This document shows positions 39,901-51,116 of a stretch of 64,000 bases of DNA, one piece after another. Position 1 is the first letter of the stretch. Each line of letters begins with the position of its first letter. The stretch is from Schmidtea polychroa. Taxonomy: Eukaryota. The position numbers were made by a program, and so were the translations under genes. Under the pieces are notes generated by a model. The model saw only the letters and a list, made by a program, of their open reading frames with translations, was not told the DNA's origin and searched no databases. The DNA is taken from NCBI GenBank assembly GCA_044892525.1, contig CM097887.1, positions 121,870,397 through 121,934,396 on the forward strand, given 5' to 3'.

Positions 39901-40180
39901 CTTGAGAAGTTCTTCCCTTATGCCTTAATTGGCCAGCTGTATTTTGATATTTAAAATAAACTTTTCTCGTACATAATTCTCCCAACGGTAGTCCATGGAC
40001 CCAACTGAGTACTTGACAATTATAGTATAGGGATGTCGCGCTCACTTATTGCTGGCACTTATCCTCTTGACACATCACCAATGTTGATCACTCAACGGGT
40101 GTCAAGTGGTCAAAACCTTTGTATTCTGGGTTACACTGGAAACAGCACGACAATGTAAAATATTTGGTTACCTGTAACCC
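36950..40180. other. GC-elevated, decayed coding-like blocks of unassigned origin (probably an old mobile element)
   Basis: GC-richer blocks (about 37090-37850, 38157-38545, 38640-38910, 38960-39960) separated by AT-rich spacers; only short broken ORFs; no diagnostic motif recognised. Confidence 0.3.
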
Positions 40181-40493
40181 ATCAATATATAAAATTAAAA
40201 TTAAAGGGAAAATATTTGATGAATGAAAATTACTTAAAAATTACATTAAAAATTATGAGAACCCAGTGAAACTATAAAATTTTATTTTTTTTAACATCTT
40301 CTTTTGTGAATAGTTTACAGTGCACAATCCACACGGTAAATAAAGTATTCGTCATATCGGTGCGCCATACGCGAAGAGAGCCGAATTTACCTTACGGATT
40401 ACTTTAATTATAATAAAATTTCCTTCTATGAAAGCAATAAAAATTAATTTATCATATTTGTCCGTTATTATTTACTATAAGAACTTTTTTCTG

Positions 40494-40600
40494 TTTTCAC
40501 CACTGATTTCTTTTCAATTGGCACTGTATTTATTAAAAATCTTGACTATGAATCAGCAAAGATGTCGATGTTTCTTTGATATTCGCGAATTTTCGACACT
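40494..40600. repeat. Foldback repeat family, partial copy E
   Basis: ttttcaccactgatttcttttcaattg...ttgactatgaatcagcaaagatgtcgatgttt matches the family head and left arm. Confidence 0.55.
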
Positions 40601-40887
40601 AGTATTTGAATTTTTATGACTATTATGTATTAATATTAAAATGTAAAATATTATAGTAATGCTTATTTTCTGTTTAACTGTTTTATAGTTTCTAATGTAA
40701 ATATATTGTGTCAATAAATTGCATTGAGGGCACCGAAGCAATTTTTGCATCATGACTGCTAGGACCGGCGCTGGTTATAGCTAATATTAAATATTATCCT
40801 TGCAATGGTCATTTCACTATTAATTTAAAAATATTTTAACCATTATTCAATAAATTTGGTCGATCTGCAATCGTCATGTAATAAAAA

Positions 40888-42369
40888 ATGTCTCAGTTTG
40901 AAGTGAAGCCATACATTTGGAAACCGAAAGATTCTGAGTTAACCGTGACATTAATTAATGATAAATCTAATCCTTTTGGAATTTTTGAAAAGAATCATTT
41001 AGATCGTCCCCCTTCTCAATTAGACAATGAGTCGAATGATTTAATTAGCGACATTCAGTTTGATGAAACATTTAATATCCTCACTTTTGACTGCAATAAT
41101 TTAGAGGTTGAAAGTTGCGTTGACCTACAAACAGAATTCAACGAATGCAGCTCCAAAACTAAACAAGAAAATACAAATTTTATTCGGAATGAAAATGAAA
41201 AATCCTTTTCAATCAGTGATAAGCATTCGACAGAATTCAGGGAGTTTCTCCTCCCGACTGAGGATGTGTCGGTTGAACCGAATATATTAAAGTACGCTCA
41301 TAATATTAGTCAGTCCTATGGCTATGAAGCCAATAATCTTAAAGTTAATGTAACTGATGAAATACTTTTTAATGAATTATTAAAACGGTTTTCTAAACGA
41401 ATATCTAAAGTAGCGATTAAAACGGAAGTAAAAGGTTTCATCAAGCATTTTGCTAAAGGTCTCATCAAAAAATCTACTTTGATAAACCTAAGACTAAGTT
41501 CACTCAAAACCCCTGTAGTAGGATTTCCGGAAAATACTAATAAGACCATTTCATCCGAAGATGTCACATTTCAGTCTTACATAAAATCAAACTATGATGC
41601 TAAAATCATTCCAACCAACAATGAGAATGATGAAATTTTTGTGGTCCAATCAATATTCCATGAAGAACCAAATGAAAAAATTGATTCCGCCTCTCGGGAG
41701 TCGACAAATTTTCGAATTAGGTCTTTGGAATATGAAACAAAAATATTCACAAATCTTCATTGTCCTTCGCCTTTCGATGTTGTGCCGTTTCCCAGTATGC
41801 AGGAATGTGTTTTCGATAATTTGGAAAACGAGTCTCTTTGTTCTAAGACCTCTCCAAAACGTCGGGCAGTAGCGACAAGTCCAATTCAATTTTCTGAATT
41901 CGTAGATGAACCCAACCATAAATTGTTAAATCTTCTCAATTGCATGGCTAAACAAAACCTGAAAAATACTGATCACGTTAGTTTAAATGAAAAACACAAA
42001 AAAGTAAAATCCACCACCTCTTCTCTTTTCAATCGGATTTTTAAAAGAAATAAATCAAAAGAATCCAATTTTGGAAATAGTCCCGAATATTTTTCTTCAT
42101 TATCCAAAGCCAGCTCAATACTATCTTTAGACAAACATCAGAAATTTCCCCATTCAAACAATCGAAAGGAATGTCTTCCGCAGGATAAAGTCAAAACGAA
42201 AAACGATTGGCTGGAGGTTGATCAGTTCTCTGTTCATTGTGAGCCGTCAGAAAGCGCAAATAAAGCTCTGTCCTTTCATGAGAACTCAAAGTTTTCAAGC
42301 TCCAATTTGTCTAATATTTCCTATCCGGATTTATCATCTGGTAACAACGCGGTTTTTATCATAGATTGA
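40888..42369 (+). CDS. Uncharacterised 493-aa S/N/E/K-rich protein (possibly one large exon)
   Basis: Uninterrupted ATG-started 1.48-kb ORF in AT-rich DNA; no motif recognised. Confidence 0.6.
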   Translation: MSQFEVKPYIWKPKDSELTVTLINDKSNPFGIFEKNHLDRPPSQLDNESNDLISDIQFDETFNILTFDCNNLEVESCVDLQTEFNECSSKTKQENTNFIRNENEKSFSISDKHSTEFREFLLPTEDVSVEPNILKYAHNISQSYGYEANNLKVNVTDEILFNELLKRFSKRISKVAIKTEVKGFIKHFAKGLIKKSTLINLRLSSLKTPVVGFPENTNKTISSEDVTFQSYIKSNYDAKIIPTNNENDEIFVVQSIFHEEPNEKIDSASRESTNFRIRSLEYETKIFTNLHCPSPFDVVPFPSMQECVFDNLENESLCSKTSPKRRAVATSPIQFSEFVDEPNHKLLNLLNCMAKQNLKNTDHVSLNEKHKKVKSTTSSLFNRIFKRNKSKESNFGNSPEYFSSLSKASSILSLDKHQKFPHSNNRKECLPQDKVKTKNDWLEVDQFSVHCEPSESANKALSFHENSKFSSSNLSNISYPDLSSGNNAVFIID

Positions 42370-42884
42370 TACGGTTTGTTTTACCGGGAAAAAGTGGATA
42401 AGTTGTTTGTCACAAAAAAAAATAAATATTTTTTCGAATTTAATTAAATGTATCTATGAATTCCTCTAAATAACCAGACTTTTTTAGTAGTTTTTGATTT
42501 TTCATAAAAAATTTTTTTTCTTTTCAATTTTTATGTTGCACAAATCTGACAAAAATGATAATGTTTAAAACTTGGTCGTGTAATATGGTTTTGAGTTAAC
42601 GTCCCAGTCAGTTATAATTGCATTTTTTATTATCTTAATAAACTTTGTTTTCCCATTTGATTATGACTTTGATATATATTTATGATTATAAAGATTTCAA
42701 TTTTATTGTCCAAAGATTGAGTTTAGGTACAATCTGGGTCGCCAAGCGTTTCAATTTGAATGGAACTGTCCTGAGGTTCAACAAACCAATCATGAGTCTA
42801 ATGTTACCCCTCGAAATTCAGATTGAACAAAAACTATTTGTATAAATAATCTTTCTTTAAATATTATATTAAATATCTATTTAA

Positions 42885-43741
42885 GGGAACTTTCGTAAAT
42901 TACGTAACGCTAAAAATAGACTTTTTTGCTCCCCCTCCCCTTGTAACAAATCATAACAAATTCTGAATCCCCTCCCCCTCGGTCGCGTAACGTAACAAAT
43001 AATTTTAAAGTTCGTATTTTGATAAGATAATTTTTTTAAATCAAGTTTAACTTGTTTTCATTTTATTTGTTCTCATCATTTTTCAATATTTTAACTTCAA
43101 AATTATTCATTCTACCATGGACACTAAAATGTTTATCTAAGCTTATTACTGGAATATTTCCTTCCTCGACTGATTGTAAGATTATCGCAATGGCAAGGTC
43201 TAAATAATTTTCGTCGATCCATTCGCATGTTTCAATTCCAACTGATTTTTCAGTTAAAACCATAAATTCATCATTTCATTTATGGAGTACTCTTTTTGGC
43301 TAAATTCTTGTTTTTATCACATCTTTTTCTTTTGTGTGTATGTTGGGGTGATTATGGAGTAACGTTAAGGAAGCAAAATAAATACCACATTTAGCACATT
43401 TAGCACAAATCAAATCTCGGATTTTTTCTTTGAATCTTGGGAAACAGTTATCATAGGGAATGTCAGCAACGCTGAATGCAAGACCTTGAAATAATGATGT
43501 CTATTTGAAATTCTCACTTTCAACTGAAGGTATGTCAATCAATGTGCGGTGGTAAAAATCAAGACTTGAGCACTTTTAGATTTTTCAAAACTTTTAATGA
43601 AATGTAATAAATTGCCTTTGTTATTTAAAAGTTTCTCTGTGTTACGTAACAAAATCTTTAACCCCCTTCCCCCTGTAACTCTCCGTAACAAATTTCAAGA
43701 CCCCCTAGCCCATAAGCGTTACGTAATTTACGAAAGTTCCC
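42885..43741 (-). mobile_element. Non-autonomous DNA transposon with 27-bp TIRs and TAA TSD (Zator-like; PIF/Harbinger not excluded)
   Basis: Perfect TIR GGGAACTTTCGTAAATTACGTAACGCT at both ends; TAA on both flanks; internal minus-strand remnant LFQGLAF...IPYDNCF...CAKCGIYFASL...H resembles a transposase C-terminal Zn-finger region. Confidence 0.75.
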
Positions 43742-44870
43742 TAAAGAGTTCATACTGTATAACTTATACACTAGTGTTAGGTTTTTGATAGTAGTTGTCA
43801 ACACTTTCATAATTTTATGTCTCAATCCAACTTTTTGTAAATCGGCGTGTAGGTGAATTTAAATAGGTAGCGAAATATAGGTTAATAAAAATATATTAAT
43901 TACAATACAAATTGTAATGATTAAAGCAACTAATGTGTGTGTTGCCTTTCTGAAGTAAGAGATCGGTCATTTCAAAACGTCCTGATAGTGTTTATGAGCA
44001 TCAACGTTGGTTCTAACAAATTCCGACAACTATTGAAAAAGGGAATGAAGATTTTCCGTAAATGTAAATGCGATAAGAATGGTCCAGAATTTCATTAATA
44101 TTTTGTCCTGAGTCCCTTTTCTCAGAAATTAGTAAATAAGTTTGGGTAGAACAGTATGAAAATATATAAATAAGATTTTGCTTCATAATACATTTCATGG
44201 AATACGACTCCATTATTTTCGTGTTGTTTGAATATTCGATTTCGATGGAGCAGTCTCCGTTATCTGAGCATAATTATTGGTTTGCTTTTGACATATCCAT
44301 TGACGAGACGTTCTGTGATACGACGAGCAGTAGACATATCAACAGCCACTTTACAAATTTTATCATTTTTAATATACATTTGATATAGAGGTGAAGCGAT
44401 TCATAGTTCCACAAATTATTATGATTCCAGAGTTTTAAATACATTTTATTTTCTTTTTTAAATTTGTAAAAATGAGTAGAAGGATGTGAGCCCGTCAGAT
44501 ACAAGGGGGGGGGGGGGGGTATATCGTTTATGTAATAATGACCGATTACGTAATACATACACTGTTGCAAACTGACCATTCGCGTGGCTATTACTTAATG
44601 AAAAGGTCAGTAGCTAACTAACCTCACGCGTGACCTTTACGTCATACATACATTGTTACTCACTGACCAGTCACGTGCTAATTACGTCATATACAAACCT
44701 GTTTCTAACTGACCACTTATTGATGACTCAATATACTGACCATGGTAATTGTGTCGTCATACTTAGTGGTCACTGGTTGCTAACTGTAACCACACACTTT
44801 CAACTTTTTTTATTATTTAAGTTGAGAAGTTGATGCTCACGCATTATCCGAAGAAGAAGTATGTTCTTCA

Positions 44871-45944
44871 TTGGAGACTTCTCAAAATGTTTGTTTCTCT
44901 TGGTGTTTCTCTGTGTTACGTAACAAAATCTTTAACCCCCTTCCCCCTGTAACTCTCCGTAACAAATTTCAAGACCCCCTAGCCCATAAGTGTTATAATA
45001 ATACTATGATCTTTAAAGAGTACATCGATACAGACACTTCTCTGAGAGCTGATTCAACCAATAATCTAGATAAGAACTACTTTAAGCTTTTAAATAATAG
45101 TCTTTATGGAAAATCAGTGGAAAATCTTAAAAAACGGATGAATTTAAGATTATGTAATTCTGCTGAAAAAATGACTACATATTCTTCAAAGCTGTCTTTT
45201 AGAAAGTGTATCAAAATTGATGATAATCTGATTGCAGCACATCTGAATAAAGATTTGATTTGTTTAGATAGACCTAGTTATATAGGTCAAACAGTTCTAG
45301 ATCTATCGAAATTAAGGATGTATCAGATTCAGTATCTTGAATTAGCTAAATATCGAAATCAATTCAATTGTAGGATTGACATTGTTGCTGGCGACACTGA
45401 CTCTTTCTTCCTTGAAATTAAGAATTGCAAGTTAAGTAGACTTCTACCTGCAATGATTTCAGATAATCTTTTGGATACTTCATATTATGACTCTAACCAT
45501 CCATTGTATTCAAGAAATCTTGACTCAGTAATAGGTAAATTCAAAGATGAGAGTAAGGGACTTGGATATAAAGAATGGGTTTTCTTGAGACCAAAATGCT
45601 ATAGTCTTTTAGGTGAAACTGAAAGTAATAAAGCAAAAGGAATTACTTTGAAAGGAATTGAGATAAAACATCTTTCTTATCTTGACTGTTATGAGAACAA
45701 TAAAATCTTTTCTGTTCCTCAAACTCGAATAGGAACTCGAAATCATCAGTTGTTTACGTTTAAGAATTGTAAAATTGCGTTAAGTAACAACGATGATAAA
45801 CGACACTGGGTTGGTAAAAATAAAAGTTTTGCATACGGGTATAATTTAGATGTCAATCAAGATGATGTAAACCAAGATGATGCCAACTATGAAGATGATC
45901 CAGAATTGATCGAGATTGATTTTAATGATCGAGATTTTATATGA
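44871..45944 (+). pseudogene. Polinton-type family B DNA polymerase, C-terminal half only (homology from about 44995; the 5' codons are foreign sequence)
   Basis: KLLNNSLYGK (motif B), YIGQTVLDLSKLRMY, AGDTDS (motif C; usually YxDTDS), GKFKDE, LRPKCYS, KAKGI. No exonuclease domain or motif A. Confidence 0.85.
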
Positions 45945-46615
45945 AATAAATTTTTGTATTTTGAAAACTGTCTTTTTTATTATTTAATTAAATTAATTTA
46001 AAAATTATAGCTTTGGTTTGAGAATAAATCTGTTTGTTTCAAAAATAATCGTAATAAGTAATGCCAACTATGAAGATGACCCAGAATTGATCGAGATTGA
46101 TTTTAATGATCTAGATTTTATATGAAATAAATTTTTGTATTTTGAAAACTGTCTTTTTATTATTTAATTAAATTAATTTAAAAATTATAGCTTTGGTTTG
46201 AGAATAAATCTATTTGCTTCAAAAGTAATTTTATAAGTAATCGTAATAAGTAATGCCAGCTATGAAGATGATCCAGAATTGATCGAGATTGATTTTAATG
46301 ATCTAGATTTTATATGAAATAAATTATTGTATTTTGAAAACTGTCTTTTTATTATTTAATTAAATTAATTTAAAAATTATAGCTTTGGTTTGAGAATAAA
46401 TCTGTTTGTTTCAAAAATAATCGTAATAAGTAATGCCAACTATGAAGATGACCCAGAATTGATCGAGATTGATTTTAATGATCTAGATTTTATATGAAAT
46501 AAATTTTTGTATTTTGAAAACTGTCTTTTTATTATTTAATTAAATTAATTTAAAAATTATAGCTTTGGTTTGAGAATAAATCTATTTGCTTCAAAAGTAA
46601 TTTTATAAGTAATCA
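45880..46615 (+). repeat. Four tandem ~180-192-bp units (starts 45880, 46061, 46253, 46433), each carrying the PolB stop-codon region and AATAAA
   Basis: Unit begins atgcca(a/g)ctatgaagatga; alternating A/B variants (tgtttgtttc vs tatttgcttc) suggest a duplicated dimer. Confidence 0.92.
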
Positions 46616-46631
46616 TGCTTTGATTTATATA

Positions 46632-46632
46632 A

Positions 46633-46713
<81 letters not shown>

Positions 46714-47070
46714 TTATTATTAATATTATTTTAATATTATTATTTTGTGGACTGATGGCTAAGTGGGAATTTACTTTTTGATTTTTGGTTTTGAAATTAG
46801 GTATGAGGTTCAATTCCAAGTATGGGCGACTTTTTTCGAAAATTAATTTTTACATGTTATTTTTAATCGTGCTTTGATTGATATAGATTATTATTATTAT
46901 TATTACTAAAATTATTACTATTATTTTTTATTATTATTAATATTATTTTAATATTATTATTTTGTGGGACTGATGGCTAAGTGGGAATTTACATTTTGAT
47001 TTTTTGTTTTGAAGTTAGGTATGAGGTTCAATTCCAAGTATTTTTTCAAAAATTAATTTTTACATGTTAT
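46632..47070. repeat. (ATT)n microsatellite followed by a ~220-bp tandem duplication
   Basis: Long att run at about 46635-46715; ttttgtgg(g)actgatggctaagtgggaattt...ggttcaattccaagta occurs at about 46743 and about 46960. Confidence 0.85.
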
Positions 47071-47306
47071 TTTTAATATACATCGAATCAGCATGCTTTA
47101 ATTGCTATAAATTGAAATTTTCATAAAAATCGGTTAATTATTTTTACTTAAAGGTTCATAGTATTTTCTCACCTACTGGTATAAAATGCAGTAAACAATC
47201 ATTAAATAATAATTGTTATTAATTTTCAGACCATTTGGGGATTTATTTTATTATACGGTATTAGTACTATGATTAGTACTAGTATTATTTTATTATACGG
47301 TATACG

Positions 47307-47307
<1 letters not shown>

Positions 47308-47343
<36 letters not shown>

Positions 47344-47392
47344 CTGTCGCTGTAGTCGTAGTCGTGGTCGTGGTTGTGGTCGTGGTCGTGAT
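47308..47392. repeat. (TAG)n and gtcgtg-type simple repeats inside the right arm of the mini-Polinton
   Basis: Directly visible. Confidence 0.85.
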
Positions 47393-48363
47393 AGTACTGG
47401 ATCCTTATATAGACCGCCAGTGTCCTAGAAGTGTGTGTTGTACAGTTAGCAACAGTGTGTTTATTATGTAATCGGTCATTATTATGTAATCGATATACCA
47501 CCCCCCTTTTGTATCTGACGGGCTCACATCCTTCTACTGAAATGCGATCGATATTTCCATCACGTCAACTTTGAACACTGATAGCACAGAAATATATGAA
47601 GAATAAAAAGAGTATAAATATATGAAGAATAAAAAGAGTAATATGTCTGATATAGATGTTAAACGGTTCCATGTCCCACAAATTGCAACAATTCAAGAGT
47701 TTTGAGCACATTTTTTGTGTTGGTTGAATAGTGACTGAAGAACGTAAAACTTAGACATAACATTAAGTTGAGTCAAAATCAAGCACATCCAGGAATAATT
47801 AAACAAATAAATAGAGTTTACTCAACACAAAAAATAATAAACATAAAAATAAACTAATATGAAACAAAAGCAAGTACGACATGAAATCCATTCAAAACAC
47901 AACATAGATGCACAATAATAGTAGACAATTTTGAATTATTGGCGATGAGGATAGATAAGGATTGGAAATTAGAAAGATTTACACAAAATAATGTTAGATA
48001 TAATATAAATTAGGTGAGTGTAAGTATTTAGAATATTTAATCCTTACTTTTAAATTCAAATATAAGATAAAATTAATAATATAATAATTAATTCTAAAGA
48101 GTGCAATTAATATTTCATGTAAAAATTTTTCCTACTAAACGCATTAATGACCATTTTGAACGATTTTAAAATCCCCAATATATTTTATGCTTTTGCTTCA
48201 CTAATCTCTAATAAACATCATTGTGATTTCCATTGTACTGACGTTATTTTAAAAGACAAAAGTATCATTTGTATTTAAGCCAAAGAAGTCATTCAATCTA
48301 ATACGTTATTTTCAAGAATGGTGGCAGACATCATATCACCGGATTTGGATGTTACATAAAAAT

Positions 48364-48733
48364 TAGGCTTGCCAAACCTCCCGTTTTTGTCGGGAGTCTC
48401 CCGGTTAACTATGACAAGGGAGATGTAAATCTCCCGTCTCTCCGTTTTAACTTTCATGAACATTTGCTTAAATCACCAAAGCTATTGGAGTCAGCCCGAT
48501 GACAAGAAAAATACAATTTTAAAAACAAAAAAAAGTAGCATGATTTGTAAACTGTACTATGTAAAAATAATTGTTTTGTTTAAATCTTTATGGTATTAGT
48601 CATCATATAGTTAATATCACTAACATGTGTAAACCAAAAGTGAAAAAACACCTGTTATATTATTTCTTAAGCGTTATACTGTTTGCAATTTTATAATCTC
48701 CCGGGTTCGAGGTTGTGTTAGTTTGCAACCATA
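48364..48733. mobile_element. Non-autonomous hAT element (MITE), copy 2
   Basis: Shares gggagtctcccgg...ttaactatgac...ggagatgtaaatctccc and aacatgtgtaaacc...ataatctcccgggttcgag with 6115-6560; ends taggcttgcca / ttgcaaccata; TSD eroded. Confidence 0.7.
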
Positions 48734-49040
48734 CAAACAATCCAATATTTTCTGGAATCGTAATTTTTCTGTGGTATATTCAATATCACTTGATTTGAGC
48801 AGAAATATCTTTCACAACTTTTTTAACTCATTCATGCTTACGATTGACATGAATATAAAACCAGTAGGAAACATATTGTATTTGTTAGTTTATTAATCAA
48901 ATTAATTAGTTATTCAACTTTGTCCCAAGGAGTGACTCGGTCACACCTGACAATTAATACGAATGTGTTTATATTATATAAAATATTTTCTTAACAAAGC
49001 ACCAATGAAAGGAAAGAAAAATATATGGAATAAATAAAGC

Positions 49041-50903
49041 TCATAATTTCTCAATGACGACAGCCCAATTGCCCGAATCGTACCAGGAATCAACGAGCTT
49101 GACACCGTCAACCGTTCCACAGAGATTCTCCAATTCATCTTGCTGAAACAAATGATAATATCTGATGAGAACTTGTTCAGTCTGGCCGGGATTGTCTGTT
49201 GATTTATTGCACCAGGGCACCAGCATATCATTGGCTGTGAATTCGGTCCTATTCAGGTGGACAGGCAACGGCAAATCTTCATTACTGCCGGCTTCCAATA
49301 CCGCCTTAGGATCAATCGATTTCTTGTTCAGATATTTTGACTTGATGCCGTCCTTGTGTTGCTGTTGCGCCCAAACATAAATCAATCCCGTGCCAGATTT
49401 CCTAAGCAATTTCACCATTTTCTCCACAGCTTCCTTGCGTCGATCGGCAGTGCTGAGATGATGCAGAACAGCAATCGAAATGAAATAATCACAACAGCCG
49501 GCTCGATATGGCAATTGTCGGCAATTCGATTGCAACGTATCGATCCTGTGGGAATCAGCGGCGATCCTGCAAAGATTCCCACTCGAATCCGATCCCAATA
49601 GGAATCCTCGTGCGAGAATTGCCGGGAAATATTTCCCATTGCCACAGCCGATATCAGCACCGATGCTGCCGATTGGCTGGTTGGTGATGAATTGGCGCAC
49701 TTTTGGCCACATCGAGTGCCGGGTGGAACTGAAATGCTCAGCGATTTTCTCATAAACCTGATGGACGAATTGCTGTTCAAGTTGACTCGGTGGTAAATTC
49801 CCGTTGGAATTCCTGTTGATATCGCAATTTTCCGGCCATTGGCAAGTGCAACCTCGAGTCGGTTTGATCTGTCGGAATGTCAGCGAAATTCTCAAATCTC
49901 TTTGGCGTTTTTCAAAATGATTTTCATTGGGGAAATAAATCAAATCGGATTTCCTTGCTGCGATTCCATGCTTCCATAAAAATCGGGATTCTCCGCTCAT
50001 TATGCAAATGGATCTGGATTTGATATCGACGTTGGTGTGTTGATTCGATTTGGAATTAATCCATTCCATTATTATGTCGGAATTGAGACTGAATGAAATG
50101 ATTTCATCGGTAAACACAGAATGAGTATCGGTATGAGATGGGATACCGTCACCGGGTTGATAAATATTTACGGTTAATTGATTAAATGATTGATAAGATT
50201 TATTTCTGAAATTCGACAATCTTTGTAATAAATCTAAACAATTACTAGGAATCGGCTTATCTGAAAGTGGCTTGGAAAAATCTACTAAATTGTTTTCGTA
50301 ATTGAATTCATATCCAAAATGAATAACAGTTCTCTGTTTTAAACTGCTGTTTTTGTTGGGTTCATTGATCTCTGTGAAATATTCAACGAGACTTATTTCC
50401 TCTTCCTCTAAAACAAAATTCATTTTTAACAAAAAATAATTGAATATATATATATATATACTTGAAATAAAATCTTCAACTATTATTAGCCCATCCGGTT
50501 TAAAAGAATTGAATTGCATTATGTCTGGAGTTAAATTTGATGGAAAATGTTTAACGTAAATACAAAAGGCATTAACAGAAGGTCTCGATTTAAAATCAGG
50601 AGTTGGAATATAAAAAGATTGTAGATTATTTAAAATTCTCTCACTCGCTTCACAATCCGTAGAGATAATAAAAGAGAAATTTTGTTGTGGAGGAGTAATA
50701 ATTTCTTTAATAAAATTCTTAAATTTTGATAAACTTAATTCTAACTCTTGTCTTTTTACATCATTGGCCAAGCCGCCATTAGCAATAATAAGTAATTGAG
50801 TAGGTTCTTCAGAAAATAATATACCAAATTTTTCAGTTAATCTCAATTTAATTTTTTCAATTTTCTTAATATATTTTTTTAATTGACATTTAGAAAAAGA
50901 CAT
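49041..50903 (-). CDS. ALKBH8: Alkylated DNA repair protein alkB homolog 8 (tRNA methyltransferase/hydroxylase); likely ATG at 50903 and a probable 54-nt intron at 50408-50461
   Basis: RRM region (IIANGGL); AlkB domain (TVNIYQPGDGIPSHTD, WKHGI, RISLTFR); Cys cluster CTCQWPENCD; SAM methyltransferase (HFSSTRH, DIGCGNGKY, IAVLHH). Confidence 0.95.
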   Translation of the reverse strand: MSFSKCQLKKYIKKIEKIKLRLTEKFGILFSEEPTQLLIIANGGLANDVKRQELELSLSKFKNFIKEIITPPQQNFSFIISTDCEASERILNNLQSFYIPTPDFKSRPSVNAFCIYVKHFPSNLTPDIMQFNSFKPDGLIIVEDFISSIYIYIFNYFLLKMNFVLEEEEISLVEYFTEINEPNKNSSLKQRTVIHFGYEFNYENNLVDFSKPLSDKPIPSNCLDLLQRLSNFRNKSYQSFNQLTVNIYQPGDGIPSHTDTHSVFTDEIISFSLNSDIIMEWINSKSNQHTNVDIKSRSICIMSGESRFLWKHGIAARKSDLIYFPNENHFEKRQRDLRISLTFRQIKPTRGCTCQWPENCDINRNSNGNLPPSQLEQQFVHQVYEKIAEHFSSTRHSMWPKVRQFITNQPIGSIGADIGCGNGKYFPAILARGFLLGSDSSGNLCRIAADSHRIDTLQSNCRQLPYRAGCCDYFISIAVLHHLSTADRRKEAVEKMVKLLRKSGTGLIYVWAQQQHKDGIKSKYLNKKSIDPKAVLEAGSNEDLPLPVHLNRTEFTANDMLVPWCNKSTDNPGQTEQVLIRYYHLFQQDELENLCGTVDGVKLVDSWYDSGNWAVVIEKL

Positions 50904-51116
50904 GCTTGAAAGATTTCTATATTTGAAATTAATATATTGTAAATAGGAATATTTAAACAAACGTCAAGTTCATTAGCAAATTAAAATCACTCATTTAAAT
51001 AATTTGATTCACAAAATAGAATATATTTTAATTTTCAAATGTGAAACATAATTTTGATTAAAAAAATAACTCGTTTTTCAATTTATTTTAAAATTTTAAC
51101 TATTTAATATCTAAAT

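Larger units (their letters stand above)
44475..47538 (+). mobile_element. Non-autonomous mini-Polinton/Maverick (3064 bp)
   Basis: Termini 5'-AGTAG...CTACT-3'; the first 30 bp of the TIR are perfect (AGTAGAAGGATGTGAGCCCGTCAGATACAA) and it extends imperfectly to about 105 bp; 6-bp flanks aaaatg / gaaatg; contains a PolB fragment. Confidence 0.82.

Noticed and set aside
45880-46615. Regular repeat array as a possible CRISPR
   Set aside because: Units are ~180-190 bp with no unique spacers, no cas genes are present, and the context is eukaryotic.
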